Of a stretch of 64,000 bases of DNA, positions 9,424 through 20,087 are shown piece after piece. The first letter of the stretch is position 1. Every line of letters begins with the position of its first letter. Made by a program: the position numbers and the translations under genes. The DNA is taken from contig JACQOJ010000152.1 of NCBI GenBank assembly GCA_016202605.1, positions 1,350 through 65,349 of the forward strand, in the 5' to 3' direction. This stretch comes from Betaproteobacteria bacterium. GTDB taxonomy: Bacteria > Pseudomonadota > Gammaproteobacteria > Burkholderiales > SG8-41. Under the pieces are notes generated by a model. It made no database searches, was not told the DNA's origin, and worked only from the letters and a program-made list of their open reading frames with translations.

Positions 9424-10017
9424 TCAGATCTGACCCAGCAAGCCCTGGGCGGTAAGGACGCGGCGCAATCGTGCAAAACGCTCCGCGGCGTCCCGCAGTT
9501 CCAGCAATTGCTGCCTGGCGGTCATGTCAATCGGCAGAATCTCCGCGAGGCGATAGGCGACCCACGCCGCATCATCCAGTTTCACCGGCGAAGGAAAATG
9601 CTCCGGACCGGCCCTTTCGATGATGAGCTTGAGCACGTCCATGCAGGAAGGGTCGATCTGCCCCGGGGGCTCGGCGGGAAACAGCTCGATATCGGCCGAC
9701 ATCAGACCATTGCGCGCGACCCGGGCGCGAATGATGCGGAAGCGCTCGGTCCCGCGCGTCACCAGTTGGAAGAGTCCGATCTGCGGCATGTCCCAGTCCG
9801 AAATGGTGGCGAGACAACCCACGTCCGCCGGCACCGCCGGCGCACCGACTTCGTGTCCTTCGCGGATGAGGCATACGCCGAAAGGCGCGTTGTCGCGCAG
9901 ACAGGTCTTCGTCATCTCGAGGTAGCGTTGCTCGAACACCTTGAGCGGCAGCACCCCGCCGGGAAAGAGCACGGTGTTCAGCGGGAAGATGAAGGCTTCC
10001 CGGCGGACTGTGGTCAT
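9424..10017 (-). CDS. LON N-terminal (substrate-binding) domain protein
   Basis: MTTVRREAFIFPLNTVLFPGGVLPLKVFEQRYLEMTKTCL... Start moved to ATG 10017; the upstream part of track ORF 9424..10296 looks non-coding. Confidence 0.75.
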   Translation of the reverse strand: MTTVRREAFIFPLNTVLFPGGVLPLKVFEQRYLEMTKTCLRDNAPFGVCLIREGHEVGAPAVPADVGCLATISDWDMPQIGLFQLVTRGTERFRIIRARVARNGLMSADIELFPAEPPGQIDPSCMDVLKLIIERAGPEHFPSPVKLDDAAWVAYRLAEILPIDMTARQQLLELRDAAERFARLRRVLTAQGLLGQI

Positions 10018-10090
10018 GAGGCGGGAGGCCCGACTCGTGACCCGTGATCGGAAAAAGCGCAGGGCACTCCGTTCACCGACCGCCCGGCCC

Positions 10091-10927
10091 CTAGGATAAT
10101 TCCCGGTGCCGCACCAGCAGCGGCATGCGCTGGCGGAAATGCGCGGCGAGGACGTCGACGAGATATACGGAACGGTGCCGACCGCCGGTGCAGCCGATCG
10201 CGACGGTGAGGTAGGCGCGGTTGTCCCGCCTGAAATGCGGCAGCCATTTCTCCACGAAGCTGCGGATGTCCTCGAGCATTGCCTGCGTGTCAGCACTCGC
10301 GTTCAGGAAATCCATGATGACCTGGTCCTTGCCGGTGAAGGGACGCAGCCGCGGGTCGTAGTGCGGATTGGGCAGGCAGCGCACATCGAACACGAGATCC
10401 GCGTCGAGGGGAATGCCGTTCTTGAATCCAAAGGACTCGAACAGCAGCGTCAGTCCCGAGCCGCTCAAGCCGACGAAATCTTTCACCCACGTGCGCAGCG
10501 CACTGGGAGTGAGATCGCTGGTATCGATATGGTGCGCGAGGTCGGCGATGTCCGCCAGCAGGCCGCGCTCGCGCGCAATGCACTCGGGCAGGGTGAGCGC
10601 GCCGTCGGAAAGCGGATGCCGCCGCCGCGTTTCGGAAAAACGCTCGATCAGGGTCTCGGTCTTCGCTTCGAGATACAGCACGCTGATCTCGGTGCCGCCG
10701 CGCTTGAGCTCCGTCATGTGCTGCGGGAGTTCGGCGAGCGTTGCTCCGCTGCGCACGTCGATGCTGAGCGCCACCCGTTGATAGCCGGCCGCGCCGAGGA
10801 AGCTCACGAGCTCCGGCATCAGCTTGGCCGGCAGGTTGTCCACGCAGTAGAAGCCGCTGTCCTCGAGCACGTTGAGCGCGACGCTCTTGCCCGAACCCGA
10901 CATCCCGGTGATGAGGATCAGTTGCAT
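10091..10927 (-). CDS. rapZ: RNase adapter protein RapZ
   Basis: [33 protein letters not shown] (Walker A), and a C-terminal [10 protein letters not shown] motif. Confidence 0.95.
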   Translation of the reverse strand: MQLILITGMSGSGKSVALNVLEDSGFYCVDNLPAKLMPELVSFLGAAGYQRVALSIDVRSGATLAELPQHMTELKRGGTEISVLYLEAKTETLIERFSETRRRHPLSDGALTLPECIARERGLLADIADLAHHIDTSDLTPSALRTWVKDFVGLSGSGLTLLFESFGFKNGIPLDADLVFDVRCLPNPHYDPRLRPFTGKDQVIMDFLNASADTQAMLEDIRSFVEKWLPHFRRDNRAYLTVAIGCTGGRHRSVYLVDVLAAHFRQRMPLLVRHRELS

Positions 10928-10940
10928 ACCTGGAAAGTGC

Positions 10941-11026
10941 GTGACTGGTGACCGGTGACCGGTGACTCGTGGGCCATGATTACGGAATTGTCAAGCTGAA
11001 GTGCATTGCTTTCCGGTCACTGGTCC
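10941..11026. repeat. Intergenic heptamer array with inverted partner (element R1)
   Basis: GTGACTG GTGACCG GTGACCG GTGACTC GTG (10941-10971). The partner CCGGTCACTGGTC at 11013-11025 contains the hprK stop codon (TCA 11017-11019 on the plus strand). Confidence 0.8.
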
Positions 11027-11958
11027 CCGCTCCTGATGTGCTGCGCCTGCCGTCCGATGAACTCGCGCGTGCTGTCGATGCCGCGCAGCAGCAGGACATA
11101 GTTGCGCACCGCCGCTTCGGTCAGCACCGCGAGATTGCGCCCGGCGGCCACCGGAATGGTGACCCGGTGGATGTCCACGCCCATCAATTGTTCGGTTCCC
11201 GGCTTGAGCGGCAGGCGTTCCATCGGAGCGAGCCCGGGTCCCGGCCGCTCCATGTGCACGATGAGCTTGACGTTCTTGCGCGGTCTCAGCGCCGCTTCAC
11301 CGAAAATGGTGCGGATATTGAGCACGCCCAGGCCGCGCACCTCCAGAAAGTCCCTGAGCAGAGGCGGACAGCGGCCTTCGATGGTTTCGGGCCCGATGCG
11401 ACAAAGCTCCACCACGTCGTCGGCGATAAGCCCGCTGCCGCGGCTGATCAGTTCCAGCGCGAGTTCGCTCTTTCCCACTCCGGAGTCACCGGTGATCAGC
11501 ACTCCCACGCCCAGCACGTCCAGGAACACGCCGTGCACGGTGGTCGACTCGGCGAGCGCGCGGGCGAGATAAGGGCGGAGCATCCACATGAGCTCGACGC
11601 TCGCCACCGGGGACGTGAAGAGCGGCGTCCCCGTGTTCTCGGCGACGGCGGCGAGCGGTGCCGGCGCCCTCCCGACGCCGGCTACGATGAAGCACGCGAG
11701 TTCGCGCGTGGCAACCTCGGCGAGCACCCTGCTGCAATGATCGGGGTCGAGCTCGTTCAGGTATTCGACTTCCGATGCGCCCAATACCTGGATCAGATTG
11801 GGATGGATGAAGTTGAGATGGCCGATCAGGCCCTTGGATGAATCCTTGGTAAGCTCGCTGTTGAGCGCCTTCGCGCCACCGCTGCGTCCGGCGACCCATT
11901 CAAGCTTGAGCTTGTCCTCGTTGTCCTCAAACAACCGGGCTATGCTGAGTTGCGCCAT
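11017..11958 (-). CDS. hprK: HPr kinase/phosphorylase
   Basis: GVFLDVLGVGVLITGDSGVGKSELALELISRG P-loop; LEVRGLGVLNIRTIFG. Overlaps the ptsN 3' end by 32 nt. Confidence 0.93.
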   Translation of the reverse strand: MAQLSIARLFEDNEDKLKLEWVAGRSGGAKALNSELTKDSSKGLIGHLNFIHPNLIQVLGASEVEYLNELDPDHCSRVLAEVATRELACFIVAGVGRAPAPLAAVAENTGTPLFTSPVASVELMWMLRPYLARALAESTTVHGVFLDVLGVGVLITGDSGVGKSELALELISRGSGLIADDVVELCRIGPETIEGRCPPLLRDFLEVRGLGVLNIRTIFGEAALRPRKNVKLIVHMERPGPGLAPMERLPLKPGTEQLMGVDIHRVTIPVAAGRNLAVLTEAAVRNYVLLLRGIDSTREFIGRQAQHIRSGDQ

Positions 11959-12412
11959 GCGGCCGCCATTCGGCGATCAGTTGATGCAGCTCGGCGGCGC
12001 CCTGCGCTGCCAGCAGCCGCTCCCGGAAAGGCTTGTCGCTGAACATCTGCGCCAGCTCGGACAGGATCTGCAGATGCAGGTCCGTCGCGCGGTCCGGGAC
12101 CAGCAACACGAATACGAGGTTGACGTTCTGTCCGTCGGGCGCATCGAACGGTATCGGCTGCTTCATTCTCACGAGCGCGCCGACCGCTTCCTTGAGGCCC
12201 TTGATCCTGCCGTGGGGAATCGCGATGCCCTGCCCCAGGCCGGTCGAACCCAGCTTTTCGCGCGCGAACAGGCTGTCGAAAACCACACTGCGCGCGAGGT
12301 CGTTGTTGTTTTCGAACAGCAGCCCGACCTGTTCGAACACGCGCTTCTTGCTGGATACGTCCAGGTCGAGCAATACGTTCGACACCGGCAGGAGGGGTGA
12401 GATCAGATTCAT
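11927..12412 (-). CDS. ptsN: PTS IIA-like nitrogen regulatory protein
   Basis: STGLGQGIAIPHGR active-site histidine region. Sits in the rpoN-hpf-ptsN context. Confidence 0.92.
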   Translation of the reverse strand: MNLISPLLPVSNVLLDLDVSSKKRVFEQVGLLFENNNDLARSVVFDSLFAREKLGSTGLGQGIAIPHGRIKGLKEAVGALVRMKQPIPFDAPDGQNVNLVFVLLVPDRATDLHLQILSELAQMFSDKPFRERLLAAQGAAELHQLIAEWRPHGATQHSPVV

Positions 12413-12467
12413 GATGTGACGCCGTGGGTGAGGAAGGAAATCCCGCCGCTCGGAGTGGTGCGGCCCG

Positions 12468-12794
12468 TCACGTGCCCTGATGCTTGATCGGGGTGTCGGC
12501 GTGCCGATGCGCGAGATTCTTTTCCTTGTGCTTGATGATGGTGCGGTCGAGCTTGTCGATCAGGCCGTCGATCGCCGCGTACATGTCGGTATCGACGCTC
12601 TCGCAGAAGATGTCCTTGCCGCGCACGCGCACGCTGGCTTCGATTTTCTGCTGCAGTTTCTCGACGGACAGGATGACGTTTACATCGATCACATGGTCGA
12701 AGTGATGGGTGATCCGCGCAAGCTTGCTCGCGATGTAATCACGGATTGCCGGCGTGATCTGGAGGTGGTGACCCGTGAGATGTAAATTCATCAT
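12468..12794 (-). CDS. hpf: Ribosome hibernation promoting factor (short HPF)
   Basis: MNLHLTGHHLQITPAIRDYI...; lies immediately downstream of rpoN. Confidence 0.92.
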   Translation of the reverse strand: MMNLHLTGHHLQITPAIRDYIASKLARITHHFDHVIDVNVILSVEKLQQKIEASVRVRGKDIFCESVDTDMYAAIDGLIDKLDRTIIKHKEKNLAHRHADTPIKHQGT

Positions 12795-12807
12795 GCGCTC
12801 CTTTCGA

Positions 12808-14247
12808 TTAGAGGGTCTTCCGCAGATTGACCGGCAGGATCTGCAAAGATTCCCGGTACTTGGCGACCGTGCGGCGGGCGACGACGATGCCCTGCTGTCC
12901 GAGAATCTCGGAAATCTGGCTGTCGCTTAGCGGCTTGCGCGAGTTTTCCGCGCCGACCAGCTGCTTGATGAGCGCGCGGATGGCGGTGCTGGATGCCGCG
13001 CCGCCGGTCTCGGTGGTGACGTGGCTGCCGAAGAAATACTTCAACTCGAAGATGCCTCGCGGCGTGTGCATGTATTTCTGCGTGGTGACGCGCGAGACCG
13101 TCGATTCGTGAAGGTCGAGGGCTTCGGCAATTTCCCGCAGCACCAGCGGCCTCATCGCCACCTCGCCGTGTTCGAAGAAATGCCGCTGGCGGTCGATGAT
13201 CGCCTGCGATACGCGCAGGATGGTATCGAAGCGCTGCTGGACATTCTTGATCAGCCACTTCGCTTCCTGCAGCTGGCCGGCCAGCTGCTGCGCTCCGGCA
13301 TTACGGTTGCGGCTCAGGATATCGGCATAGAGCCGGTTGATTCGCAGGCGCGGCATGGCGTCGGGATTCAGCGCGGCGAGCCAGACGCCCTTCACCTTTT
13401 TCACGATCACATCCGGAACCACGTAGCGCGTCTCTTCCGTGGAGAAATCGCGGCCCGGCTTGGGATTGAGCCCGGTAATGAGCTTCTGTACCGCGCGCAG
13501 GCAGTCGTCGTCGCAGCGCAGCGCCCTCTTGAGCCGGGTGAAATCGCGTGCCGCCAGCGCGTCCAGGTGGTTCCTGACGATTTCGAGCGCCTTGGCCCGG
13601 TATGGCGTTTCCTCGGGCAAGGCTGCAAGCTGCATCGCCAGGCACTCGCGCAAGTTGCGCGCGCCCACGCCCGCCGGCTCGAAATTCTGCAGATGCTTGA
13701 GCGCGATCTGCAGGTCTTCAGGCTCTATGGCGAGCTCCGGCGGAAGCGAGGCAAGCAAATCGGGGATGTCCTGCGCGAGATAGCCGTCGTCATCGAGCGA
13801 ATCGATGAGCAGCGCGACCAGCCTGCGGTCGCGCTCGGAAAGCATGGTGAGCGAGAGCTGTGAGAGCAGATGCGCCCGCAACGTCGGCGTGTCCGCCGCG
13901 ATCTGCGGGAAATCGCCGTCATCGCCGTCGTCACGCGGGGCAGCGCCGAACGGCCCGTCATCGACCGTGGTGAATTCGGTGCCCGTGTATTCAGGTTCGC
14001 GCGCCGCGTCGCCGCCTGCAGGCTCTTCCTGCGACGCGCTGAAATCGCCCGCGGCCTGCGTCCCCGGCGGGCCGGGCGGCTGATCGGACATGCCGTCCTC
14101 GCGCTCGAGCAGGGGGTTTTCCTGCAGAAAGCGTTCGAGTTCCTGGTTCAGTTCGAGCGTCGAGAGTTGCAGCAGCCGGATCGACTGTTGCAGCTGCGGG
14201 GTGAGTGTCAGGTGTTGCGATAGCCGGAGTTGTAGGGAGTGCTTCAT
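12808..14247 (-). CDS. rpoN: RNA polymerase sigma-54 factor
   Basis: MKHSLQLRLSQHLTLTPQLQQSIRLLQLSTLEL, an acidic region II, and the C-terminal RpoN box ARRTVAKYRE. Confidence 0.97.
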   Translation of the reverse strand: MKHSLQLRLSQHLTLTPQLQQSIRLLQLSTLELNQELERFLQENPLLEREDGMSDQPPGPPGTQAAGDFSASQEEPAGGDAAREPEYTGTEFTTVDDGPFGAAPRDDGDDGDFPQIAADTPTLRAHLLSQLSLTMLSERDRRLVALLIDSLDDDGYLAQDIPDLLASLPPELAIEPEDLQIALKHLQNFEPAGVGARNLRECLAMQLAALPEETPYRAKALEIVRNHLDALAARDFTRLKRALRCDDDCLRAVQKLITGLNPKPGRDFSTEETRYVVPDVIVKKVKGVWLAALNPDAMPRLRINRLYADILSRNRNAGAQQLAGQLQEAKWLIKNVQQRFDTILRVSQAIIDRQRHFFEHGEVAMRPLVLREIAEALDLHESTVSRVTTQKYMHTPRGIFELKYFFGSHVTTETGGAASSTAIRALIKQLVGAENSRKPLSDSQISEILGQQGIVVARRTVAKYRESLQILPVNLRKTL

Positions 14248-14322
14248 GCGTGTCTGGGCAACAAAGGCTATCCTTGAACTCCGGCGCGCGCCCGCACTGC
14301 TCCCCCGGCCACGGGCACGCCG

Positions 14323-15126
14323 CTAGAGGCGGAAATGCTCTCCTAGATAAACCTTTCGGACGCTCTCATTATAAACGATTTCGTCGGGCTTGCCGTAGGC
14401 GAGCACGGTGCCGTCATTGATGATGTAGGCGCGATCGCAGATACCGAGGGTCTCCCTTACATTGTGGTCGGTGATCAGCACGCCGATGCCGCGCTGCTTC
14501 AGGAACCCTATGATTTTCTGTATTTCGAGGACGGCGATCGGGTCGACGCCGGCGAATGGTTCGTCGAGGAGAATGAAGCGCGGCCCGGTGGCCAGAGCGC
14601 GGGCGATTTCGACGCGTCGCCGCTCGCCGCCCGAAAGACTGATCGCCGGGTTGTCGCGCAGGTGACCGATGTGCAGGTCGTGCAGAAGGTCGTCGAGCTT
14701 GTTGCGGATCTGATCCGGATCGTCGTTGCACAATTCCAGGATCGCGCGCACGTTGTCCGCGACCGAAAGGCGGCGGAATATCGATGTCTCCTGCGGCAGG
14801 TAGCTCAAGCCCAGTCGCGCCCGGCGGTGGATCGGCATGTGCGTGAGCTTTCTGCCGTCGAGATAGAGATCGCCGCCGTCCATGGGCACCAGCCCGACCA
14901 TCATGTAGAAACAGGTGGTCTTGCCGGCGCCGTTGGGTCCGAGCAGCCCGATGACTTCGCCGCTCCGCACCTCGAGCGAGACGTCCATGACGACGACCCG
15001 CGACCGGTAGCGCTTCTTCAGGCGTTCGGCCTTGAGTTCGCTCACGCGCGGGGACGGGGCCGCGGAAGCGGCGCCCGCGGGCGGCTGCGCGCCGCCGCTC
15101 GGCAGATGATTATTTCGTGGTCGCAC
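14323..15126 (-). CDS. lptB: LPS export ABC transporter ATP-binding protein
   Basis: [39 protein letters not shown]. The N-terminal 27 aa may be spurious; GTG 15045 is an alternative start. Confidence 0.93.
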   Translation of the reverse strand: MRPRNNHLPSGGAQPPAGAASAAPSPRVSELKAERLKKRYRSRVVVMDVSLEVRSGEVIGLLGPNGAGKTTCFYMMVGLVPMDGGDLYLDGRKLTHMPIHRRARLGLSYLPQETSIFRRLSVADNVRAILELCNDDPDQIRNKLDDLLHDLHIGHLRDNPAISLSGGERRRVEIARALATGPRFILLDEPFAGVDPIAVLEIQKIIGFLKQRGIGVLITDHNVRETLGICDRAYIINDGTVLAYGKPDEIVYNESVRKVYLGEHFRL

Positions 15127-15754
15127 CAGGTTGGTCGGGCGGTGTTTTGACGTTGTCCGCGGGCGTCCGCGCCGCGGGCGCCGCCACCGGCTTTTCCTTG
15201 GGTTTGGGCTGCAGCACCGCCTGCACGCGGCCCTCCGGGTTGTTCGGCGTCGCCGCCTTCGGTCCGCCGCCGACGACCTGGAAGAATTCGGTCGCGGAAT
15301 CGTACGAAATGTAATTGCCGCGCACCTCGTCCTGCCCGCGCTTCATCACCGCCCGCGTGAACATCTGCATCTTGTCGGCGCGCCCGTCATATTCGATGCG
15401 CTCGGCCCAGCCCTCGATGTATTCGTCGTAGCCTTCGCGTTTCTGCCGGAAGTAAGCGAGATTGCCCCACGCCGTCCCGTGCTTGAACCCCTCGCGGTCC
15501 TGCCGCACCTGCATGCGGTCGCCGCGAATGGTGAGGGTGCCCTGCGTCAGCACTACGTTGCCCTCGAAGGTCGCGATCTGCTTCGCGTCGTCCACGGTCA
15601 CGCGGTCCGCTTCCAGGTTTATCGGCTTGTCGCGGTCGGCTTTTTCCGCGTGGACCGCGGCGGCGAAAATCAGCGCGCAACACGCGGCCAGCGCCGGGAG
15701 GCGACGCCGGACCCGGTCAGCCGCCCGGCCGGCGCACGCGTTTTTTCGGATCAT
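15110..15754 (-). CDS. lptA: LPS transport periplasmic protein LptA
   Basis: Signal peptide, OstA-like [39 protein letters not shown], and a lptC-lptA-lptB context. Confidence 0.88.
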   Translation of the reverse strand: MIRKNACAGRAADRVRRRLPALAACCALIFAAAVHAEKADRDKPINLEADRVTVDDAKQIATFEGNVVLTQGTLTIRGDRMQVRQDREGFKHGTAWGNLAYFRQKREGYDEYIEGWAERIEYDGRADKMQMFTRAVMKRGQDEVRGNYISYDSATEFFQVVGGGPKAATPNNPEGRVQAVLQPKPKEKPVAAPAARTPADNVKTPPDQPGATTK

Positions 15755-16313
15755 GGTAGGTGCCCTTGACTCTGGAAAGCAGTTTCAGAACCTGGGTCTC
15801 GCTGTTCAATTCTAAGCCAACCGCGTTAACGACGGTATTGGCGTCGGTAAGCGTCACCGCGCGATCCGTGCGGGCGATGTTGTCGTCCGGAATCACGTGG
15901 AGATAGCTCGTGCGCATCACGAGCTCGCTTTTGTCGGTGTAAGCCGCGCGCCGGACCAGCACGTCGTCCCTGAAGTAGATATTTTCTCCCTCGCTCGAAA
16001 TCAGCGCTTCCCTCGAAGTGATCGTGACCGGCGCCGGAACCGCCGCATAGCTCACGAATTTCGGGGACTGCAGATGGGTGCTGTCGTCGTCGGGGTAGTG
16101 CACCATTTTTTCGGCGAACAGCGTGTGCTTGATTCTGCCGTCGGGGGCCATGCGCACCGCCGACAGGCCCTCGACGATATAGTCGGGATCGTGACGGGCA
16201 ACGGCGGCGCGCCCGGCAGCCGGCGGTTGCACGAAGCGGTCAAGCCAGAACGTGAGAGCCGCCAGCGCCGAAAGCAGCAGCAGCGGGAACCATGCGGTGA
16301 ATCGGTCGCTCAT
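15717..16313 (-). CDS. lptC: LPS export system protein LptC
   Basis: N-terminal anchor MSDRFTAWFPLLLLSALAALTFWL. Position is between kdsC and lptA. Start set to ATG 16313. Confidence 0.8.
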   Translation of the reverse strand: MSDRFTAWFPLLLLSALAALTFWLDRFVQPPAAGRAAVARHDPDYIVEGLSAVRMAPDGRIKHTLFAEKMVHYPDDDSTHLQSPKFVSYAAVPAPVTITSREALISSEGENIYFRDDVLVRRAAYTDKSELVMRTSYLHVIPDDNIARTDRAVTLTDANTVVNAVGLELNSETQVLKLLSRVKGTYHDPKKRVRRPGG

Positions 16314-16342
16314 GGGTTGGCGGCGGCGTTGACGGGGCGGTC

Positions 16343-16867
16343 CTATTGCAGATACGGCGCGAGCTGCGCTTCGAAAGTTCCCTGCGCGTGCATGATAAGT
16401 TCGCACAGTTCGCGTACCGCTCCATGTCCGCCACGCGCGCGCGTCACGTAATGCGCGTCGCGCCGCACTGCGGCCGGCGCGTCCGGCACGGATACCGCGA
16501 GCCCGCAGCGCCTGAGCACCGGCAGGTCGACGACATCATCCCCCATGTACGACGCGGATGCCGCGTCGAGCCGGCAACGGGCGAGCAGATCGCGAAAGGC
16601 TGCATGCTTGTCGCCCGCGCCCTGATGGAGGAGCTCGATGCCGAGATCCTGCACGCGCAGCGCCACGGCCCGGGAGGTCCGGCTGGTGATGATCGCAAGC
16701 TGCACGCGGCTCGCCCGCAGCATTTTCATGCCGTGGCCGTCGCGCACGTTGAACGCCTTCAGCTCGGTGCCGGCGTCGGTGTAATAAAGCGCGCCGTCGG
16801 TGAGCACGCCGTCCACATCGAAGACGGCGAGGCGCACGCGCCTGGCCCGGTCGTAGATATCCTGCAT
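16343..16867 (-). CDS. kdsC: 3-deoxy-D-manno-octulosonate 8-phosphate phosphatase
   Basis: HAD motif LAVFDVDGVLTDG, then YMGDDVVDLPVL. Confidence 0.93.
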   Translation of the reverse strand: MQDIYDRARRVRLAVFDVDGVLTDGALYYTDAGTELKAFNVRDGHGMKMLRASRVQLAIITSRTSRAVALRVQDLGIELLHQGAGDKHAAFRDLLARCRLDAASASYMGDDVVDLPVLRRCGLAVSVPDAPAAVRRDAHYVTRARGGHGAVRELCELIMHAQGTFEAQLAPYLQ

Positions 16868-16946
16868 GAGGGATGCCGATGGGCGTTGAGGGTTTGGAAT
16901 CTGGTGTCAGGAACGAGCCGGTGAAATCACGCTCGACGCTCGGCGG

Positions 16947-17945
16947 TCAAATCACTTTCGCCCGGAACAGATCGTGCATGTTGAGAGCGCCCAGCAGGCG
17001 CTGATCCTGGTCCACCACGAGAAGCTGGTTGACCTTGTTGCGTTCCATGATCTCGACCCCCTCCGCGGCGAGCTTGTCCGGACCGATCACGCGCGGTCCG
17101 CGCGTCATGGCGTCCACGATCGGCGTAGTGCGCAGATCGTGGCCTTTTTCCAGGGTGCGCCGCAGGTCGCCGTCGGTGAAGATGCCGATGACGCGCCCGT
17201 CATCGTCGAGAACCGCCGTCATGCCCATGCGCCCGCGCGACATCTCGAGCATTCCTTCCATGAGCGTGGCGGTATGCGGGATGCGCGGCGCGTTGTCACC
17301 GGTGCGCATCACGTCCCGCACGTGGGTGAGCAGTCTGCGACCCAGCGTGCCGCCGGGGTGGGAGCGCGCGAATTCGTCGCGCGTGAAACCCTTCGCCTGC
17401 ATCAGCGCCACCGCGAGCGCGTCTCCCAGGGCGAGCGCCGCCGTGGTGCTGGCGGTCGGAGCGAGATTGAGAGGGCAGGCTTCCTTCTCGGCACCGGCGT
17501 ACAGGTGCACGTCGGCTTCGTGCGCGAGATTCGAGCGCGGATTGCCCGTCAACGCGATGAGCTTCGCGCCCTGCCGCTTGAGCAGCGGTACGATCGCCAG
17601 CAGTTCCGCGCTCTCGCCCGAGTTCGAAAGCGCGATCAACAGGTCGTCGCGCGTCACCATGCCGAGATCGCCGTGACTCGCTTCCGCCGGATGCACGAAG
17701 AAGGCGGGCGTGCCCGTGCTTGCCATCGTGGACGCGATCTTGCGCGCGATGTGGCCCGACTTGCCGATGCCGCTGACGACGACGCGGCCCTTGCAGTTGA
17801 GGATCAGCGCTACCGCTCGCTCGAAATCCTGATCGAGCCGTTCGATGAGATCCGAGATCGCCCTGGCTTCGATTTCCAGCACTTCGCGCGCCACCGCGAG
17901 GGCGTCGGACGTGTCGGAAAGCGCGGTGGTTTGCGGTTCGTTCAT
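16947..17945 (-). CDS. kdsD: Arabinose-5-phosphate isomerase (KpsF/GutQ family)
   Basis: SIS domain GRVVVSGIGKSGHIARKIASTMASTGTPAFFVHPAEASHGDLG plus tandem CBS domains. Start set to ATG 17945. Confidence 0.93.
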   Translation of the reverse strand: MNEPQTTALSDTSDALAVAREVLEIEARAISDLIERLDQDFERAVALILNCKGRVVVSGIGKSGHIARKIASTMASTGTPAFFVHPAEASHGDLGMVTRDDLLIALSNSGESAELLAIVPLLKRQGAKLIALTGNPRSNLAHEADVHLYAGAEKEACPLNLAPTASTTAALALGDALAVALMQAKGFTRDEFARSHPGGTLGRRLLTHVRDVMRTGDNAPRIPHTATLMEGMLEMSRGRMGMTAVLDDDGRVIGIFTDGDLRRTLEKGHDLRTTPIVDAMTRGPRVIGPDKLAAEGVEIMERNKVNQLLVVDQDQRLLGALNMHDLFRAKVI

Positions 17946-18058
17946 CGGCGGCAAGTATAGCAGAACGGGCGTGCCTCCTTCCTCGGAAACGACCGCAGGC
18001 GCGCTTGCAATTCGTTGTCGATAGGGCATTATTCCGGGAGATCCACCGGCAGGAAAAA

Positions 18059-20026
18059 ATGGAAACGACGCTTGAACCCGTGCTCGTCCTGCTCGCCACG
18101 GCCGTGCTGGTGGTGGTGATCTGCCGCACGCTCAGGATGCCGCCGTTGCTGGGCTACCTCATCGTCGGCGTGGCGATCGGGCCGCACGCCCTGGGCTGGA
18201 TCCGCGACACCGAGGAAGTGCGCGTGCTGGCGGAGATCGGCGTCGTGTTCCTCATGTTCAGCATCGGACTGGAGTTCAGCCTGCCCAAGCTCGTCACCAT
18301 GCGCCGCATCGTGTTCGGCCTCGGTCTGGCGCAGGTGCTGATCACCCTGGGCGTCGTGCTCGCGGTTGCGCTGGCCCTCGGCATCGGGTGGCAGGCGGGC
18401 GTGGTACTGGGCGGTGCGGTGGCAATGTCGTCAACCGCGATCCTGGCCAAGCTTCTCGCCGAGCGCTACGAGCTGAATTCGCCCCACGGGCGCCAGATCA
18501 TCGGCATCCTGCTCTTCCAGGATCTCGCGGTGGTGCCGCTGCTGATCATCATTCCGGCGCTCGCCGCGCGGCCCGAGGACCTGCTGGCGAACCTCGGCAT
18601 CGCGCTCGCCAAGGCCGCCGCCGTGCTCGCCGTGCTGCTTTTCATCGGCCAGCGCACGATGCGCGCCTGGTTTCACCTGGTGGCGCGGCAGAAATCCTCC
18701 GAGCTGTTCGTGCTCAACGTGCTGCTGGTCACGCTCGGCGTGGCGTTCGTCACCGAGCTTGCGGGGCTCTCGCTCGCACTCGGGGCGTTTGTGGCCGGCG
18801 CGCTGATTTCGGAGACCGAATACCGCTACCAGGTCGAGGAGGACATCAAGCCTTTTCGCGACGTGCTGCTCGGACTGTTTTTCGTCACCATCGGCATGCT
18901 GCTCGACGTGCGGATAGTGGTCGAAAGCGGCTGGGTGAGCGCGCTGGTGGTTGCGCTGGTCGTGGTCAAGACGCTGCTGATTCTGGGGCTTGCGCGGCTG
19001 TTCGGCGCCGATCCCGGTGTTGCACTGCGCACCGGCCTCGCGCTCGGCGCGTGCGGGGAATTCGGCTTCGTGCTGCTCGCGCATGCCGACAACGCGGGCC
19101 TGCTCGGCCCCGGCGTCCTGCAGCCGGTGCTGGCGGCGATGGTGCTCTCGATGCTGATCGCCCCGTTCATCATCGATCGCAGCGAATTTCTCGTGCGGCG
19201 CTGGGTTTCCGCGGACTGGATGAGCCGCGCGATGCAACTTCACAACATCGCGGTGCGGTCGATGACGGCGGACCGGCATGTGGTGATCTGCGGCTATGGC
19301 CGCAGCGGACAGAACCTCGCGCGATTCCTGGAGCAGGAACACATTCCGGTCATCGCGCTCGACGTCGATCCGCAGCGCATCCGGGAGGCCGCGGCGGCCG
19401 GCGAGAGCGTCGTCTTCGGCGACGCCGCGCGGCGCGAGGTGCTGGTGGCGGCCGGACTCATGCGCGCCAGGGCGCTGGCCATCACCTACTCGGATACGCC
19501 TTCCGCGCTGAAGATTCTGGGCCACGTGCAGCATCTCCGGCCGGGGCTGCCGGTGGTGGTGCGCACCCTCGATGACAGTGAAATCGACCGGCTGAAAAGC
19601 GCTGGCGCGGCGGAAGTCGTCGCCGAAGTCATGGAAGGCAGCCTGATGCTCGCGTCGAGCACCCTCATGCTGCTGGGCACCCCGCTCAACCGTGTCCTGC
19701 GCCGCATCCGGGAGACGCGGGTGCGCCGCTACAGTCTGTTCCGCGGTTTTTACCGCGGCGTGACCGACGAAGATGATGCGGAGGATCAGTCGGCTCAGCC
19801 GCGGCTGCACTCGGTCATGGTCGTGCCGGGCGCCGCGGCCATCGGCAAGTCGCTGGGCGAGATCGACGTCGCGAGCCTGGGAGTGGAAGTGACGGCGGTG
19901 CGCCGGCGCAACGTGCGCACCGTAACCCCGGTCGCCGGGACGCGCGTCGAGGAGGGGGATGTCGTGGTGCTGCTCGGAACGGCGGAAGATCTGGCGGCGG
20001 CGGAAATGAAGCTGCTTCAGGGTTGA
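18059..20026 (+). CDS. CPA2-family monovalent cation:proton antiporter with TrkA-N/TrkA-C domains (KefB/YbaL-like)
   Basis: About 12 TM helices, Rossmann motif HVVICGYGRSGQNLA, and a C-terminal TrkA-C-like segment. Start set to ATG 18059. Confidence 0.88.
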   Translation: METTLEPVLVLLATAVLVVVICRTLRMPPLLGYLIVGVAIGPHALGWIRDTEEVRVLAEIGVVFLMFSIGLEFSLPKLVTMRRIVFGLGLAQVLITLGVVLAVALALGIGWQAGVVLGGAVAMSSTAILAKLLAERYELNSPHGRQIIGILLFQDLAVVPLLIIIPALAARPEDLLANLGIALAKAAAVLAVLLFIGQRTMRAWFHLVARQKSSELFVLNVLLVTLGVAFVTELAGLSLALGAFVAGALISETEYRYQVEEDIKPFRDVLLGLFFVTIGMLLDVRIVVESGWVSALVVALVVVKTLLILGLARLFGADPGVALRTGLALGACGEFGFVLLAHADNAGLLGPGVLQPVLAAMVLSMLIAPFIIDRSEFLVRRWVSADWMSRAMQLHNIAVRSMTADRHVVICGYGRSGQNLARFLEQEHIPVIALDVDPQRIREAAAAGESVVFGDAARREVLVAAGLMRARALAITYSDTPSALKILGHVQHLRPGLPVVVRTLDDSEIDRLKSAGAAEVVAEVMEGSLMLASSTLMLLGTPLNRVLRRIRETRVRRYSLFRGFYRGVTDEDDAEDQSAQPRLHSVMVVPGAAAIGKSLGEIDVASLGVEVTAVRRRNVRTVTPVAGTRVEEGDVVVLLGTAEDLAAAEMKLLQG

Positions 20027-20037
20027 GCGAGGGGCGC

Positions 20038-20063
20038 AAAAAAGCCCGCGCGCGGCGGGCTTT
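20038..20063 (-). terminator. Rho-independent terminator downstream of the major pilin gene (weaker in the plus direction for the antiporter)
   Basis: Stem AAAGCCCGC / GCGGGCTTT with a 5-nt loop. Read on the minus strand it is followed by a T6 tract. It lies 25 nt after the pilin stop. Confidence 0.75.
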
Positions 20064-20087
20064 CCTGCATTCGCGGCGCACGCCGTC

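Noticed and set aside
11927-11958. The 32-nt ptsN/hprK overlap as a sign of frameshift or mis-annotation
   Set aside because: Both proteins have full-length, normal-looking termini (hprK N-terminus MAQLSIARLFEDNEDKLKLEW). The overlap is compatible with coupled translation and is not otherwise remarkable.
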